Origin: Paraspadella gotoi
Taxonomy: Eukaryota > Animalia > Chaetognatha
DNA: 64,000 bases
Direction: 5' to 3'
Assembly (NCBI GenBank): GCA_051294375.1
Contig: CM119267.1
Coordinates: forward strand, 7,137,205 to 7,201,204
The number at the start of each line of letters is the position of its first letter. The stretch's first letter is position 1. The translations under genes and the position numbers were made by a program. This document shows positions 60,950 through 64,000 of this stretch, piece by piece. The notes beneath the pieces are model-generated. The model searched no databases. It was not told where the DNA came from and was given only the letters and a program-made list of their open reading frames with translations.

Positions 60950-63900
60950 CGGAAACATTTAACAACTTCTTTATTTTATTTTCCAGACAAAAAAAATAGT
61001 TTGGAATTTTTCCACCAAATTTTGCTGTCAAGTTTACATTCAAACTATTTTTTCCATCTCTTTTTTACAACACCACTCGAGTCGTTTTTAATCTTCATTT
61101 AACAGAAATTCCTTGTTCATCCTCATCTTATTTTTTCATTTTTCATCTTTTCTCTCTTTTCTCTTCATTCTCTCCTCCTTTTTCCTTAAATTTCTTCCGC
61201 ATTAAAACTATTATTCGACTCATCAAATTCTTTTCATGGACTTTATTTTCATCTTTCTTTTTCCTGAGCGATTTTTTTTCGCAGAGTTCAGAACAAACGA
61301 ACGAAGAACGAAACGAGCAAGGGAACGAACGAACGAACGAAACGGAACGAACGAACGAACGACGAACGAACGAACGAAACGAACGAACGAACGAACGATA
61401 CGAAACGAATGATAACAAATAGACGAACGAACGACGAACGAACGGAAGAAACGAAACGAATAAACGAACGAACGNNNNNNNNNNNNNNNNNNNNNNNNNG
61501 AAACATTTACACTTCTTTTATTTTATTTTTCAGAAAAAAAAATAGTTTTGGAAGTTTTTCCCCAAATTTGGTCAATTTACTTCAAACTATTTTTTCCATC
61601 TCTTTTTTAAACCACTCGAGTTCGTTTTTACTTCATTTAACAAGAAATTCTTTTTCATCCTCTCTTATTTTTTTTTCTCTTTTTTCTCTCTTTTTTCTCT
61701 CTTTTTCTCTTCATTCTCTCCTCCTTTTTTCCTTTAATTTCTTCCCATTAAAATATTTTCGACTCATAAATTCTTTTCATGGACTTTATTTTCTCTTTCT
61801 TTTTCCTGAGCATTTTTTTTTCCAATTCAGAACAAACGAACGAAAGAACGAACGAACGANNNNNNNNNNNNNNNNNNNNNNNNNTGGCGCTTACTATTTG
61901 TAATTGGTAAAAGTGCAATCGAATCGTTCGGTTCGTTCGTTCGTTCGTATCGTTCGTGTGTTCGTTCGTTCGTTCGTTATTTCGTTCGTTCGTTGTTCGT
62001 CGTTCGTTTCGTTATTTCGTTATTTTCGTTCGTTCGTTCGTTCGTTGGTGTCGTTTCGTTCGTTCGTTTCGTTCCGTATCGTTCGTCGTTCGTTCGTTTC
62101 AGTTCGTAGAATATATTAAGGAGAAGTAAAAAAATTACAGAGATAAAAGAGTATAAATACGGAAGAAGTTACTTTGCGCAGGAGTCTCAACATCTATTAT
62201 GGAAAAAAAATGCTCAGGAAAAAGGAAAGGATGATTAACTATAAATTTGAGAGCACGCTCCCAGGTCTGATCAGAGTCAGGGAATTGTTGTTATCGGTTA
62301 GAGAGTCGAAATACTTACTCTTGACTGCATCTGGAGCGTAAGCGTTAAAAATGAATTACATATACTAGCAGAAAGGCATGGTAGAGGGAGTAGGTATGAC
62401 TCAGAGAAAGAAATGAAAGAGAAAGAAAAATAGAAAAGATAAGAAAGAAATAAATTATAAAGAGAGACAATGATGATATGAATTTCTGAGATTTTAAGTA
62501 GATATAAATAAACGAACCTCGAGTATGGGATTTAAACAAGAGATGGAGAAAATAGTTTGAAGTAGAAAAGTAACTCCAAATTTGAAGAAAATAAAAGTCA
62601 AAGAGACGAGTCTTTTCTGCAGCACAATCACACAAACATATAAAGAAGTGTTATAAACTCGATCCGTTTGTTAACATTGTCAAGCTAACATTAGACGGTA
62701 CACAAACCGAATAGTATTGACAAAATTGACCCAGGTTCAGGGTTCGAGAGGCGATCAAAGATAAAGGTCACATAGAGTAGCACGCATCCAGAACACATTA
62801 CTTACACATTATTCTCATATGTAGTATTTAATTACTTTCTAGGAAATCGCATAATTTACTTACACACTAAAAATTTACCTATAGCATATTTGGATAATTC
62901 AGTGACGTTACATGAACTATCTTATAATATAGATATTAACACTTTTCAACTCAAGTCACAGTATTTTTTCTGAGAGATTGCATCACTGATCTCTTTCTTC
63001 CATCTCTCCATCAATTCTCTCTCTCTTATCTTACACAGCCGCGTACTCTCTTTCTTTTTTTTTGTAACTTCTCGGCATCGAATCGTAAAATGCTTTTTTT
63101 CTTCCGATCATCTTCCGTTCAAAGCGAGACGTCACTCTCTCTCTCTCTTGCTCGCTGCCCTCGGCAAAGTCAATCTCGAGCGGAATCGTAGCCGGAGGTC
63201 ATCTCGATCTCTTTCTCACGTCGCTGCTCCAACAAACTAAGAGGAGCAATGAGATAAGACACTTTGGGCGGAGGAATGAGAAAGACGGAAATTCGATTTT
63301 AGCGAGAGGCAAGGAGTTAACCTGGACGTCTGGGGCAATTTAAGGGTCCATTATCTCATCGTTGTGCTCTATTACTTTTATTACATTTTTTCCCTACTTT
63401 TAAACTCTCTCTCTCTTCTTTTGTTTTTTTCGCTTTCTCTCCTTTTTTTTTAAATATCTTTTTTTTTTTGATCTCCTGGGGTAGGCGGGGGTGGTAAATG
63501 ATAGTTATTATATTCAAAAGTTATTATTCCGGACAGTCTGTCGTGATAGAATTTTACCGTTAAACCTGAAGGCGCCCAGCGGATAATCTAGTTTAAATAA
63601 TTTGTATATGTTTAAGCGGTTGAAGTTTATAGTAGAGAGTTAAAAACACTAATGTAGTAGCTGAAATTAGAAATTATTAATTGTTAGACACTCAAAGCTC
63701 TGAAACTCCGTATATCCCAATTTTCACTCTTCCGGAGTTTGACGCAACACATGGGCGACTTACTATTTGTGGATCATCATATTGTATATGATATTGTAAC
63801 TTGATTATTGAAAAGATTTGTGAATGAACGAGCGAGTGATATAGAATGCATACGTCGGAGAGAACAGAACTCTAATTAAGAATGTAATGAAACGAAATGA

Positions 63901-64000
63901 ATGATAAATTTGAATTGTACAGAGGCACTGGGCTATGTTTTCACTTAGGTTTTCCCAGAGTTCAAGGCATTCAGTCCGGCTTCGTTTGGTATTTTGACGC
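60950..64000. repeat. Direct duplicate (60950-61310 vs 61500-61859) plus a very noisy inverted copy of about 60000-61470 at 61885-64000
   Basis: For example, 63300-63420 is the reverse complement of 60540-60660 with many insertions; adjacent to 25-N gaps. Confidence 0.7.
61290..61474. repeat. (GAAC)n microsatellite; inverted copy (GTTC)n at about 61925-62105
   Basis: Read directly. Confidence 0.85.

Overview
This is eukaryotic, most likely invertebrate-animal, genomic DNA. It is AT-rich, full of (GA)n, (GAC)n and (GAAT)n microsatellites, and has spliceosomal GT-AG introns; most ORFs in the track are microsatellite artefacts. Two genes can be reconstructed by hand. (1) A gap-free 7-exon gene (10667-14827, +, 618 aa) encodes an XK-related (XKR/CED-8-like) multipass membrane domain fused in frame to a C-terminal atypical Rho-like GTPase domain that looks hydrolysis-dead. 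This is the most interesting feature. (2) A PKA catalytic-subunit-like kinase (22710-34071, +) has middle exons lost in assembly gaps and a last exon in error-rich sequence. Mobile DNA includes Helentron/HINE-like elements, tRNA-derived SINE-like elements, two TIR elements with telomere-like internal arrays, and an intronic LTR-like segment followed by a CCA-bearing tRNA-Leu copy. From about 33 kb onward, much of the window is direct or inverted duplicates next to 25-N gaps, usually with one indel-ridden copy, which most likely reflects gap-filling artefacts.
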